Source of the DNA: Hypanus sabinus
Lineage: Eukaryota
Length of the DNA: 64,000 bases
Direction of reading: 5' to 3'
NCBI RefSeq assembly: GCF_030144855.1
Contig: NC_082717.1
Coordinates: 76,694,001 to 76,758,000 of the forward strand
The notes below the pieces were generated by a model. The model had not been told where the DNA came from. It saw only the letters and a list, made by a program, of their open reading frames with translations, and searched no databases. Every line of letters starts with the position of its first letter. The first letter of the stretch is position 1. This document shows, one piece after another, positions 22,723 through 36,340 of this stretch. The position numbers were made by a program, and so were the translations under genes.

Positions 22723-25700
22723 CCCTAAGTCTACCACTGCAGTGAAAGGTTGCCAATTCTGTCAAAGTGACCTTTTTTTCCTAGGAAGATATGTAGAGCA
22801 CCAGTGGGGTATTACATTTAGTTCTGGGCACTGGACAAGTTTGAATTAGGGTGCAGTGCAATAATGAGAATGGGCAAAGAGGGTTACATTGCACAGGCCA
22901 GGCTTGCACTCCTTGCCTGCAATGAATGATGCCAGAGAACATTTCTGTGCACAGTGGAACTCTTTCACCCTCCAAAACATCGGGGAAAAATTAGACTATT
23001 TGAATATTAAGATGAGGAATATTGATTTTTATTGGCCAAAAATACTATGAATTATGGAATCAAAATATGTAAATAGAATTATAACACAGAGAATATCCAT
23101 GATTTAATTGATTGGACAAACATTCTCAAGTGGCTGGATGTCCTACTCGTGCTCCAAAGCACTGCTAGTGAAGATTTAGAGTGTATTATTGCTAATTTGC
23201 TGATCAGTGGAAATAGTCTGTGATATTTATTCACGATCTTTAAAAAACATTATTATATACAATTTAGACCATTATTTTTAAATGAAACAATGCTGGTATT
23301 TAATTCTTGCAATATAATTTCCCTGCAGTATAACCAAGAAAGGCCTTGTTTCTATGATGGTAGTCTTTTTTCTTTGTAATCTGAATAAGTCCTTGCACCA
23401 ATTCAACTTAAATTTTCTTTCTTTTATTTTTAATGGATTTAAGTATGAACTCTGGAATTCCACCTGAACATCAATCTGTGCTGTCACCACAGAGTTTCTA
23501 CTGTAACAGATCCTACAGTTCATATTGTTCATCATCTTCTTTGGCACGGCACTGACATGGAAGGTTCACTAGCAAAGCCTTGCATGATTTTCAAGTAGTC
23601 GGAATTCAAAGTATATGCCTGCTTGTTGTCTTCTTGGTATTTACCACTGAGATATTTCTTGGGTCTTTCTTTGTCTTGGTGCATTTAACGCTATCTTCTG
23701 CTTGAGAGGTCAGTTCATATCACTGAAGCCGTCACCATCTACTGGAACATGGTTCAAATGTATATTCACAAACTGGATCGCAGTAAGTACCCCTCTTGGT
23801 TATTTGTACTGATGCTCATGTTTGAATGTCAAGTCCTTTTTCTTGGCCTCCGCTATCATCAGATTCGCTGCGTGTATGCAGAATTCATGCTCTTCTGTTT
23901 CTTTGTGCAAAGCCTTTCAGTCTTGCAACTGTAAGCCTGAGCTGAGGACTGGGATCAGGCTCTTTCTCGGATGACGTGAGCAAGCTGGGCCAAACTACCC
24001 ACATTTGAACAATGTGCGAAGGTTCAACCATGTTAAACTGGTGGGCTCCTATTCAGTTGGTCAGCAGAAATACCACTCTGCTACAACAGAGGGCACTCTT
24101 TCTACACTTTTCAGAAGCTTTTTGTAATAATTTGTAACTTGAGAAATGTGTTCTGAAGTGTCTGAGCCTTGGGTGAATGCACATTATTGAGGGAGTGTAA
24201 AAAGTGGTTGACCCTGACTCTCACCTGGCAATGATTGATGCACAAATGTGGAAATGGTATTTAATTCACCAGTAATTCTCTTTTCTAGTCTTGATTGTCA
24301 CACATTCATTCATTCTTTTTAAAGCTGTCGCGATAAACAGACTGAACAAAACAAAGACAAATACAGGTTGGGTTTATACTAATGTTTATTTAAAAGAAAG
24401 AAGGAGACTAAATGAGCCAATGATAACATAAAGCATAACATACTTAAGGTAAGTAGGCAGGATGGTACTGGTTGCTTTATGAAGAACAAAGCGTTCTTAA
24501 CAAGAAGTCATGCCTTAGTGGAAGTCCACAAGAATTACAAGTGTATCAAGTTAGACTACCACATTCCTCAAAAACATAAAAGCCCTCAGCCCCTTAAGTG
24601 CAGGTTTGGAAGGAAATAATTAGCTTTAAACCACACTGTGGCGTTCAAACAATAACTTCATTATACTCTATTGCTGGCTTGCAGACTTGCAAGGTAAACT
24701 GTCAAAATTAAGAGTAAACAAATAAGAAAGTGTAGGATTTTGCACATGCTTTTGCTGGCTCAAACGTTGCCTTGAAGTTGGGAAGAACATGTTGTCGCTT
24801 TTTTTTGTGGCTACAATGCTTCAGAAATCCATTATGCATCCAAACTGCCCAGATACCAGAGAGAAGAACTAAAACTACCTCAGATATTTAATAGGATATT
24901 CCTCATTCTATTTTTAGTGAAGGCTTGTGGGTTTACAGATTTACTTAGTGATGGGGAAATGCTATTACCTTAAGGTTTTATAGTTATGAATAATTACAAG
25001 CATGGAATTAATTCTGCAGAAAACAGCTTCTTGTCCTTAATATGGCAAGGCTGATGCATTGCTTCAGCTGATCCTTGTACAAGAAAAGAAAACAAATTTA
25101 TGAATTTATCCTGCAGCATCAAACCAATCTGCTCACCTGGAATTCTATCTCATTATTAAGATATTTACTAGTTCAAAACATACATGCTTTCTTTCTCTTT
25201 TATTTTCATCTTTCTCATATTTCAATTGTGTTTAATTCGCGCAGAGTTGTGTTTAACTCATCATCTGAAAATCTCAAATAACTGAACAGAAGCATTGCTT
25301 CTATAGTTCAATTTTCCCTCTTGCTAAGTATAATCAAACTAATCACTGTAAACTCCACTGACTGTGTTCAAACACATAGCAGGTACTGTTTACTCTCACC
25401 CCTGTACTTACAAGAGTGCTCATGACCAGTTAACCGATTAACCAATGCCTCATTTATAAAATTCCCAACCTTCCCCCACGAACTCCCAATGCTGTAATCT
25501 ACTCCAACCAATGAACATTCATGTAAGCATTCCTCCAATTCTGGCCTCCTGAATTTTTATCATTGGTGGCTGTGAGCTTCTGATTAAATAAAATGCTTTA
25601 TTAAAACTGTCTCTTTGTCAATTCTTTAGTCATCTCCCGTCTTATCTCTTCATATGTCGTGGGAATGAACAAAAATTCACCTACTTCAGATTTAAAATTA

Positions 25701-28289
25701 ATGATTGACTTAAGATCAATTGTCATTTATGGAAAAAGGTTTTTAGCTTCTCCTGTGCTTTGCATGCAAAAGTTATGTCATTATTTCAAAACTCTATGCA
25801 TAATATATGCACAGTCAATAAACTTTGTCCATGTTTTATTCTCTCTGTGTTCATTGTACTATCAATTTAATACATTTAGTGACAAGGTGTCAATGCATCT
25901 CCTGTTTCCTCCTTAAACAATTTACCACAACATTTTGTGAGAGAGTTGCTTGGAGCCCAACCCTTCAATGTTCAGTGATGACAGGGTGCTAGACTGCAGC
26001 CCTGGGCTGCAGTAGCTGTGCCAGGCTTCAATGTGTCCATCAGCACATATTCCTGCACCCTTTGGCAGCAGGATTGGCAGCATTCATGTTGATTATATGT
26101 GAGAAGCCTGTCTCTAAGTTTTAGATTATACTCCTTATCTAAAACTCTTGAACCAGAAGGAAACATTTCTCTAATCTATCCTTACAATCTTGAAAGTCCT
26201 GAAAATCTTGAACATGCAAGATCTTGACAGGTGACTGGTGTGCTCACAGCTCTTTCCTCCTGTGCCTACTAGGGGGTTTTGCCAGTCCTGAGAATGCAAT
26301 TCATTCTCTCCTTCATTCATTGTGGTAAAGCTTCAAGAGCCTTGCTCAATGTGCTGGCTTCCTTTGCTCTTTAACCTCTGATTCTTCAGCTACTATACTG
26401 GCTAAATACCTGTCCTTTTCTTCCCAGTTCTTACTTAAGATGTTAAATTGTCTCCTAATTGCATTCTATCAGCAATTAAGAGGATTAGTGCTTCTCACTT
26501 TTCATGCACTGATTTACCTGAGTAGATGGATAGCCCATAATTTATCCCCAAGACTGAAAACATCAAAATGGTGAACACACCAGCAGGTTTTATAACTTGT
26601 AAAAGCTTTCAGTCACCTATAATTAACTCTTCAGTAAAACTCCACCAGCAATTTTCAAACTTTATTGTCGACCATAAATAGATTGACAACTCCAAACAGA
26701 ACTAAGATTGTTGGAAATAATTATTCAATTGAATTCCCCAATATTTCTGTCAAGTTTATCAAACATTTTGTGAATCATTATTAAACATTTTTCTTGGAAA
26801 GAACAACCTTTGAACAGAGGTTGATTCTTGGGTAAGAGGGTGCTTCACCCACAAAACCATAATCGTAGTTTGAAATATCTAAAATCTATTCAACTAGCTA
26901 CATGAAAAATTGACTTGTATGCATCTATTTAGTATGAATTTTTTAGCAACATGTGTTTGTTTTGTTTTATTCTCTCTTTACCGGGTTGGTCGGCACTAGC
27001 AATGTGAAGTAAAGCATTTTCCCATTTTCCAGCACCAAGCACACTTGAACTGGGGTTAATGTACGTAAAGATACCTCTACGTGCTTCCAACAATATCATA
27101 TAAGATGTTTCGTCCTATACAATTGCTGTCTTAGAAAACAAACCTGATGCCAATATGGTGACTTTTCATTTTCTGCTTTAGTCAATGATGTGAGTTTCTG
27201 AAGGAAAGTTGAAAATCAGTGATGTCTCATCACTTAGATGTGTTCTTAATAAAATATACTGTAGACTTAAGCTAATAATACTCCCTTAGATTGGTGCCCT
27301 TTAGATCGAGCAAAAGCTAGTTAGTTTGGTTCTTAATTAGATCTCATTAAAACAACAGCATTCTAATCCATTCCAGTAAGGCAAATTGCAAGTTAACATT
27401 AGCAGCTTGCAGACTTTAAGAGCTTCTATAGGACAGAATCGGCCACTCATTCCAGTGGGGCTACTCCGGCTTCTGGTTGAGCAAGTCTTTCCCATACTCT
27501 TTCCATGTAACTCGATAGATTATTCTCTCTCAATTACCTATTCATTTCCTTTTTGGACACCCTGACTGAGTTTTTTTTACCCCATCCCTACAGACACTGT
27601 TTCACATCATAATTACTCCTTAGTTATTACATAAAATATCTTTTCTCCACATCCTTCTAGAACACTTACCCAAAATTCTAAATCTCTGCCCCAGTCCTTG
27701 CAATTCTACTGGTGAAGGAAATTCTCCCTATTTACCCTGCTGAAGGCTGCTATTGGCTTTCAGACTACTATGGAATCTCTCAAAATTCTTTGCTTCAAGG
27801 AGAATAAATAACAGATAAATAAATAACTAATACTTTTTTGCTGGCGTAATACATTCAAACATGAAGACTAATTTGATGCCAAGCTAGCCTACAATGGCTT
27901 CAGTTGCTTTTATTCAAAATTACAATTGTTTACAGTAAATTATCATTTATATCATTTATTTGGTAATTGATTTAACCGCTAAAGGAAACAAATCAAAAGC
28001 AAATTACTTCAACTCAAAAATTCCTTTTAAAGAATATCTCAAATAAATTAGTTCAAAGCTTGAATCTGAGATGTAGAATAAAGTACATATTAATTGACAG
28101 TACACTTGGCTTTGGTGATGTTTTTTTCTGTACATTATTGATGCTCCGTAATGTAACCTACAGATTATTGAGTAACTAAGAGAAAGAAAAGATTTGCTTG
28201 AGCCTGTGATAGATTGCTGGAGGGAAAGTGAAAGAACTACAGGTTATAACACTGGTTAAATCATAAAGAAAAAGAGAAACGTGAATTTA

Positions 28290-28560
28290 TCCCACAGGCA
28301 ATGAAGTAGTTTTTGAAGTAAATTGCTGTAGTAATATTTGAACATCAGTGACAATTTGGGCATAGAAAGGTCCCAAAATCAGCAGTATGATAATAATCGG
28401 TCAGTCTGTTTTTTGTGATATGGAGTGTGGAATAAATATTGAGCAGGACACCTGGAGGAATGCTTAAGCGAGACTGAAGACTGGACATTTCAACTAAAAA
28501 GGCACAGCTTTTCTCGTGCTGATCTCCTCTCCGATGTCATGATGCTGCTGCTTTAGAATC
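28290..28560 (-). mobile_element. Ancient Deu-domain-like SINE relic
   Basis: Reverse-strand similarity to the same body and tail (caatgaagtagtttttgaagta...aataaatattgagcaggacacc). Confidence 0.4.
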
Positions 28561-28964
28561 AGGGTATGGCAAATCCTGATCAGTCTATGTTATTTACCTC
28601 CTTTCTAATTTTACCTTACCTCACAAGACGTAGCTGTATCATTTTTCTTAGACTAGAGATTATGTGGGTGGGAGAAAAACAATCCATGGGCAAAAATAAA
28701 CTTCATGGATGTGTTTACTTAGCAGCCATCAAATTTCTAGGGCCTGTCTAATGAATAATTCTTGGAAAAGTAATTTGGAAGCTTCAGTTTGTGAAAGCAA
28801 TATAATAAATGATGAGATGTTTGTAGTTCGGACAGTTGCTCATGGTACGACAGGAAATACCAACTTGTCTTTTATATCTTCTGATTTCAGAACCAGACTG
28901 CAAGCCACACTCAATCTGATAACAGTTTTCCCCTCTAACATTAACTCTTTTGCTCTTTGCACAG

Positions 28965-29655
28965 TATCAACATACATATATATCACCATGTATAACCCTG
29001 AGATTCATTTTCTTGTGGGCATACTCAATAGATCTATAGAATAATAACCATAACAGAATCGATGGAAGACTGCCCAACTTGGCACCATCCAACAAGAGTG
29101 CAGAATACAACAAACTGTGCAAATACAAAAAGAAAGAAAAATAATAATAATAAATGTAAACAATAAATGTTGAGAACATGAGATGAAGAGTCCTTGAAAG
29201 TGAGCACATTGGTTGTGGGAACATTTCAATGAAAGAGCAAGTGAAGTTGATTGGTTTTACCCTTTGGTTCAAGAGCCTGGTGGTTGAGGGGTAGTAATTG
29301 TTCTGGGCCCTCAGGCTCTTGTACCCTCTTCTTGATGGCAGCAGCGAGAAGAGAGCACGTTGTGGGTGGTGGGGGTTGCTGATAAGGGTTGCTATTTCCT
29401 GCAGCAGCATTTCATGTAGATGTGCTCAATGGTTGGGAGTAGAGGTTGTGTCCACTACTTTTTGTAGGATTTTCTGTTCAAGGGGATTGGTGTTTTCATA
29501 GCAGGCTGTGATGCATCCAGTCAATATACTTTGCACCACACATCTATGGAAGTTTGTCAAAGTTTAAGATGTCATGCCGAATCCCTGCAAACTGCTAAGG
29601 AAGTAGAGGCGCTGCTGTGCTTCCTTCATAACTGCACTTACGTGCTGGGCCCAGG
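28965..29655 (-). mobile_element. Rex1/Babar-type LINE 3' portion
   Basis: NPHHPQRALFSLLPSRRGYKSLR...YYPSTTRLLN plus 3'UTR. Confidence 0.75.
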
Positions 29656-29809
29656 AATAAGACCATAAGGTATAGGAGCTGAATTAAGCTCTTTGGCCCA
29701 TCCAGTTTGCTCCATGGATGATCCATTTTTCCTCTCAGCCCCAGTCTCCTGCCTTCTCCCTGTATCCCTTCATGCCCTAAGCAGTCAAGAATCTATCAAC
29801 ATCTGCCTT

Positions 29810-31178
29810 TCGAGAGGCTCGTAATGAGGTACATCAAGACCCTGCTGCCCCCCTCACTGGACCCCCTGCAGTTTGCGTACCGTCCCAACCGCTCAACAGA
29901 TAATGCCATTGCCAGCACCCTCCACCTGGTCCTAACCCACCTGGACAAAAAAGACACATATGTTCGAATGCTGTTCATAGACTCCAGTTTAGCATTCAAC
30001 ACAATCATCCCTCAGAAACTGATTGGAAAGCTGAGCCTACTGGGCCTGAACACCTCCCTCTGCAACTGGATCCTAGACTTCCTGACTGGGAGACCTCAGT
30101 CAGTCCGGATCGGGAGCAGCATCTCCAACACCATCACCCTGAACACGGGGGCTCCCCAGGGTTGCGTGCTCAGTCCACTGCTGTTCACTCTGCTGACCCA
30201 CGACTGTGTTGCAACACACAGCTCGAACCATGTCATCAAGTTTGCCGATGACTCGACCGTGGTGGGTCTCATCAGCAAGAACGATGAGTCAGCTTACAGA
30301 GAGGAGGTGCAGTGGCTAACGGACTGGTACAGAGCCAACAACCTGTCTCTTAATGTGAACAAAACAAAAGAGATGGTTGTTGACTTCAGGAGGGCATGGA
30401 GCAACCGCTCCCCACTGAACATCGATGGCTCCTTGGTAGAGATCGTAAAGAGCACCAAATTCCTTGGTATTCACCTGGCGGAGAATCTCACCTGGTCCCT
30501 CAACACCAGCTCCATAGCAAAGAATGCCCAGCACCGTCTCTACTTTCTGCGAAGGCTGAGGAAAGTCCATCTCCCACCCCCCATCCTCATCACATTCTAC
30601 AGGGGTTGTATTGAGAGTATCCTGAGCAGCTGCATCACTGCCTGGTTCAGAAATTGTACCATCTCAGATCACAAGACCCTGCAGTGGATAGTGAGGTCAG
30701 CTGAGAAGATCATCAGGGTCTCTCTTCCCACCATTACAGACATTTACACTACACACTGCATCCGCAAAGCAAGCAGCATTATGAAGGACCCCACACACCC
30801 CTCATACAAACTCTTCTCCCTCCTGCCATCTGGGAAAAGGCACCAAAGCATTTGGTCTCCCATGATCAGACTATGTAACAGTTTCTTCCCCCAAGCTATC
30901 AGACTCCTCAATACCCAGAGCCTGGACTGATACCTTACTGCCCTCTACTGTACCTATTGTCTTGTTTATTATTTATTGTAATGCCTGCACTGTTTGGTAC
31001 ACTTTATGCAGTCCTGGGTAGGTCTGTAGTGTAGTGTAGTTTTTTTCTGTGTTGTTTTTTACGTACTTCAGTCTAGTTTTTGTACTGTGTCACCATGGTC
31101 CTGAAAAACGTCGTCTCATTTTTACTATGTACTGTACCAGCAGTTATGGTTGAAATGAAAATAAAAAGTGACTTGACT
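29810..31178 (+). mobile_element. Young 5'-truncated Rex1/Babar-type LINE
   Basis: Uninterrupted RT ORF, 3'UTR, AATAAA and GACTT-repeat tail; no TSD seen. Confidence 0.9.
29824..30930 (+). CDS. Reverse transcriptase domain of Rex1/Babar LINE (N-terminally truncated)
   Basis: 368 aa: [58 protein letters not shown]. Confidence 0.85.
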   Translation: MRYIKTLLPPSLDPLQFAYRPNRSTDNAIASTLHLVLTHLDKKDTYVRMLFIDSSLAFNTIIPQKLIGKLSLLGLNTSLCNWILDFLTGRPQSVRIGSSISNTITLNTGAPQGCVLSPLLFTLLTHDCVATHSSNHVIKFADDSTVVGLISKNDESAYREEVQWLTDWYRANNLSLNVNKTKEMVVDFRRAWSNRSPLNIDGSLVEIVKSTKFLGIHLAENLTWSLNTSSIAKNAQHRLYFLRRLRKVHLPPPILITFYRGCIESILSSCITAWFRNCTISDHKTLQWIVRSAEKIIRVSLPTITDIYTTHCIRKASSIMKDPTHPSYKLFSLLPSGKRHQSIWSPMIRLCNSFFPQAIRLLNTQSLD

Positions 31179-32015
31179 AAATATACATAAAGACTTGGCC
31201 TCCACAGCTGCCTGTGCAAAGAATTCCACAGATTTACCACCATCTGGCTAAAGAAATTCCTCCTCATCTCCATTCCGAAAGGACACTCCTCTATTCTGAG
31301 GCTGTGTCCTCTGGTCTTAGACTCTCCCACCATAAGAACCATCCTCTCCACATCCACTCGATCAAGGCCTTTCACCATTCGATAGATTTCCATGAGGACA
31401 TTCCTCATTCTTCTGAATTCTAGTGAATAAAGTCCGAGAGCCATCAGACACTCTTCATATGACAAGCCATACAATCCTGGAATCATTTTTGTGAACCTCC
31501 TTTGAACCCTCTCCAGTTTCAGCACATCCTTTCTAAGATAAGGGGCCCAAACTTGCTCACAATACTCCTAGTGAGGCCTCACCAGTGCTAAAGTCCTCAC
31601 CAGTCCTCTTGAAGTGATTGCGAACTTTGTGTTTGCCTTCCTCATCACAGATTCAACCTGCAAATTAACCTTTAGGGAATCCTGCACAAAGGCTCCAAGT
31701 CCTTTTGCATCTCAGTTTTTTGCATTTTCTCTCCATTTAGAAAATAGTCAACCCTTTCTTTTCTTCTAACAAAAGCTGAAATATCTCCAGCTTTTCCATG
31801 ATTATTTCTGTTGTCTTGTGCTGGACATGTTTGGAAGACGAATATGGAATCTAAGCAGGTGATTTTATCTTCTGAAAATTCAAGTAGTGAATGGGACACT
31901 GTAGAAAACAAAGGAGAGATTTGAAGCTAAAAGAATGATCTTGACACTTCGATCGCACAAGCAGCATTAACTGCTTAAAAGGTCAAAACTATCCATTTTA
32001 GTTTGAGTTTCTTTA

Positions 32016-33795
32016 GAAGCATAGAAATCCTACAGCACAATACAGGCCTTTCGGCCCCAAAAGCTGTGCTGAACATGTCCTTGCCTGAGAAATTACCGAG
32101 GGTTACCCATAGCCCTTTATTTTTCTAAGCTCCATGTACCTATTCAAAAGTCCCTTAAAAGACCCTTTCATATCTGCCTTCACCACCGTCGCTGTCAGCC
32201 CATTCCACATACTCACCACTCTCTACATAAAAAAACTTACCCCTGACAACTCCTCTGTTCCTACTTCCAAACACCTTAAAACTGTGCCCTCTTGTGCTAT
32301 CCATTGCAGCCCTGGCGAAAAGCCTCTGACTATCCACACAATCAATGTTTCTCATTATCTTGTACACCTCTATCAGGTCACCTCTCATCCTCTGTCACTC
32401 CAAGGGAAAAAGGCTAAGTTCACTCAACTTATTCTCATAAAGCATGCTCTCCAATCCAGGCAACATCCTTGTAAATCTCCTCTGCACCCATTCTATGGTT
32501 CCACATCCTTCCTGTAGTGAGGCGACCAGAACTGAGCACAGTACTCCAAGTGGGGTCTGACCAGTGTCCTACACAGCTGCAACATTATCTCTCGGCTCCT
32601 AAACTCAATCACACGATCGATGAAAGCCAATTCACCATATGCCTTCTTAACCACAGAGTCAACCAGCATAGCAGCTTTGAGTGTCCTATGGACTGGGATC
32701 CCAAGATCCCTCTGATCCTCCACACTGTCAAGAGTCTTATCATTAATACTATATTCTGCCATCATATTTGACCTACCAAAATGAACCACCTCACACTTAT
32801 TTGGGTTGAACTTCATCTGCCACTTCTTAGCCCAGGTTTGCATCCTATCAATGTCCTGCTGTAACCTCTGACAGCTCTCCACACTATCCACAACACCTCC
32901 AACCTTTGTGTCATCAGCAAATTTAGTAACACATCACTCCAGTTCCTCATCCAGGTCATTTATAAAAATCACGAAGAGTAGGGATCCCAGAAAAGATCCC
33001 TGAGGCGCACCACTGGTCATCGACCTCCATGCAGAATATGACCTGTCTACAACCCCCCGTTGCCTTCTGTGGGCAAACCAGTTCTGGATCCACAAAACAA
33101 TGTCCCCTTGGATCCCATGCCTCCTTACTTTCTCAATAAGACTTGCATGGGATTCCTTATCAAATGCCTTGCTGAAATCTATATACACTACATCTACTGC
33201 TCTTCCTTCATCAATGTGTTTAGTCACATCCTCAAAAAATTAAATCATGCTCGTAAGGCACAACCTGCCTTTGACAAAGCCATGCTGACTATTCCTAATC
33301 ATCTTATGCCTCTCCAAATGTTCATAAATACTGCCTCTCAGGATCTTTTCCAACAACTTACCAACCACTGAAGTAAGATTCACTGGTCTATAATTTCTGG
33401 GCTACCTCTACTCCCTTTCTTGGATAAGGGAACAACATCCACAACCCTCCAGTCCTCCGGAACCTCTTCTGTCCCCATTGATGATGCAAAGATCATTACC
33501 AGAGGCTCAGCAATTTCCTCCCTCCCTTCCCACAGCAGCCTGGGGTACATCTCATCCAGTCCTGGTGACTTATCCAACTTGATGCTTTCCAAAAGCTCTT
33601 TCTTAGTATCTACATGCTCAAGCTTTTCAGTCCACTGTAGGTCATCCCTGCAATTGCCAAGATCCTTTTCCGTAGTGAATACTGAAGCAAAATACTCATC
33701 AAGTATCTCTTCTAACCCCTCCGGTTGCATACACACTTTTCTACTGTCACACTTGATTGGTCCTATTCTCCCACGTCTGACCCTCTTGCTCTTCT
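32016..33795 (-). mobile_element. CR1 LINE, about 1.8 kb, decayed RT
   Basis: [66 protein letters not shown]; CATAGAA tail. Confidence 0.92.
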
Positions 33796-34239
33796 TTTTC
33801 AATGGATTCTGATTTTCACCTTTTCTGAGAAGGAGAGATGGATACCTGCTGAGCTCGGTGGAGTAGATCATTAGGTCTTCATCTTGGCTTCCAATGATAT
33901 CTTTGGTACCCAGCTGCAATTTTAACTGGAAAACTGAGTGGGAGCCAAAGAGAGGAAGCAAGGTCAAGGTCAGACCCTACTCAGGACATGATTTCCTTTC
34001 CCAACTGAACTCCTTGGCTCCACAAACATTATGTAGTGGAAGTTCCATGATGTTGTAAACACTCTTGGCTCTGAAGCCAGAGATCAGGATTCAGATCTCA
34101 GTACCAGGGTATATAATACTTGAGAAATCAGGGGATATGAGGTTATTGTAGAAAAATACCACTGTGGTATAAGAACAGGAATAGTGCAAGAGGCATGAGG
34201 AACTAAACAACCTAATTCTGCTTTTGTTTGTTGGGTGAG

Positions 34240-34800
34240 AAGGTGGCACACTGGTATAATTATCAGATTAGTAATCCAAATGCTTAGGATAAATCCTCTG
34301 CAACTGAGGGTAAATCACACCACTGCAGATGGTGATAACATGTACTTTGAATTCTGGAATTAGCATTAATGTTGGTCAGGAAAGCCAGAGTTGTCTGTTT
34401 CATGGATGAAATCTGTCACCCTAACCTGGTTCGGCCTACATGTCACTCCAGACCCAGAGCAATGAGGGAGGCTTTTGGCTTCTCTCTGCAACGGTCTAGC
34501 AAATCATTCAGTTGTAATAAACTGCTAGAGAGACAAAAATAATGAGAACTGAATGGATATCCTGCATAGGCAGATGAAATGACAAAGACAAATGCTACCC
34601 TTCTCACTCTGTAAAGTCTGTTTGTTCAATCCTGTTGACTCAATAGCCCAGAACCTTTTTCCTAGGAGCACCGTGGGTGGACTTGCATCCTAAGGACTGC
34701 AGCGGTTCAAGAAGGCAGCTCACCACCTTTCAAAGGAGTCTAGGAATGGGCAATTAGTTACTAGTTCGGCACATGAAACGCAAATTCCTAGAAAGAATAA
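34240..34800 (+). mobile_element. tRNA-headed SINE-like relic plus LINE-type tail
   Basis: A/B-box-like head (ggtggcacactggta...aaatcacaccac) and tail ggactgcagcggttcaagaaggcagctcaccacc, also seen near 38760. Confidence 0.5.
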
Positions 34801-34814
34801 TAAATGCTCATTGG

Positions 34815-35340
34815 TTGTTGGGTCTATTATTGTTTCATGTACTGAGATGTAGTGAAAAACTCTGTTTTACCAGCCATCCGTACAGATCATTTCAGTACAA
34901 CCACGTGTTGAGTTGTACAAGGGAAAAGCAATAACAGATTGCAGAAAATACAGAGTAAGTGCAGTGCAGGTAGACAATAAAGTGCAAGGCCAGGACAAGG
35001 TAAATTGAAAGTCAAGACTTCATCTTCATTGTAGAACAGATCCATTCAATAGTGTTATAATGGTGGATAGATGTAGTCCCCGAGCCTGGCGGCACATGTT
35101 TTCAAGCTTTTGTATCTTCTGCCTGCTGGGAGGCAGGAGAAGCGAGAACTTCTGGGGTGGAAAGACTCTTTGATTATGCTGGCTGCTTTTCCTAAATAGT
35201 GGGAAGAACAGACAGAGACCATGGAGAGGAGGCTACCTTTTGAGTTCACAACTCTCTGCAATTTCCTCTGGTCTTATGCAGAGCAGTTGCCATACCAAGC
35301 TGTGATGTATCTGGATAGATGCTTTCTGTGGTGCAGACTG
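34815..35340 (-). mobile_element. Rex1/Babar-type LINE 3' portion, old
   Basis: KAASIIKESFHP...FSCLPAGRRYKSLK. Confidence 0.7.
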
Positions 35341-35714
35341 TGGCAGATAATGAGAGGGAACTGGCACTGAACTACAAGTGGTAGTAACCGATGGTGTTAG
35401 AAACTTGACTAAATCTTGCTTAATGGCAAAAACTACTCCAACATGTCAGGTTGACTGCATAGATTTCAAACATAACCATAGGTGAATGAGATGAAACACA
35501 GTAAAGCCCTCTGCTAGTAATATGATAAAGATTCAGAGATCATTCTGGTATAATAATTAATATAACTCTTCGTAAACAATTTTATTAGCAGTTTGACCTT
35601 ATTAACTAAAGAATATACTTTATATCAATATCCTGTAAACCATTTTCCAAAACATATCTTCTGTACATCAATTGCAGAATTTGAATGCATTAGTTCACAA
35701 GGCCTTTTGGCTCA

Positions 35715-36340
35715 AGACTGGTGCTGTTCTGTAAGGAGCCTCTGTGCGTTCCCACCTTCGAATGCATGGATTTTCCCTGGATGCTCACAGTTCCAGGACA
35801 TACTGGGTGGGTTAATTGGTCATTATAAGTTGTCCTGTGACTAAGTTCATGTTCATCAGAGCTGAGGGGTTGCTGGGGGGGGGGGCATGGCTTGATAGGC
35901 TGAAGGGCCTACTCCATGTTGTACTGCTAAATAAATAATTAAGTCTGAGCAAACTCTCAGCTAGTGCAACACCAGTGATATTTCCTTGTTCTTCTTCCAT
36001 AAGTCTATCTCCTCCAGGGAATCACTGACATGAATGTACAGCAGCTGGCAGGAAGAATGAAAGAACTTACTCCCAGTACACAATTTATATTCTAGATGAG
36101 GTTGTGTGAATTCTCCCTGTGACTGTGTAGATTTCTCCCTACATCCCAAAAGATCATAAGAGATGGAAGCAGAATTAGGCCAGTTGGCACATCAAAATAT
36201 GTGAGCTGCTAGGCTAGTTTATTACCATAAATATATAGTCAGATGCTAAGAGAAACAGGGTGGAGCTAATGGGCATGTGGGAGAAAATAGGATATATGGA
36301 TATAAACAGGAGAATGGATTGACTGGCATACTCCTATAAT
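35715..36340 (+). mobile_element. Two decayed V-SINE-like copies
   Basis: ctgtaaggag...gcatggattttccctggatgctc...ggttaattggtcattataagttgtcc motif, and a second copy from about 36090. Confidence 0.5.

Larger units (their letters stand above)
29658..31772 (-). mobile_element. CR1 LINE 3' portion, split by a Rex1 insertion
   Basis: Tail at 29658; sequence ...atctgcctt|aaatatac... resumes at 31179; LERVQRRFTKMIPG...YSLEFRRMR...KTRGHSLRI. Confidence 0.85.
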
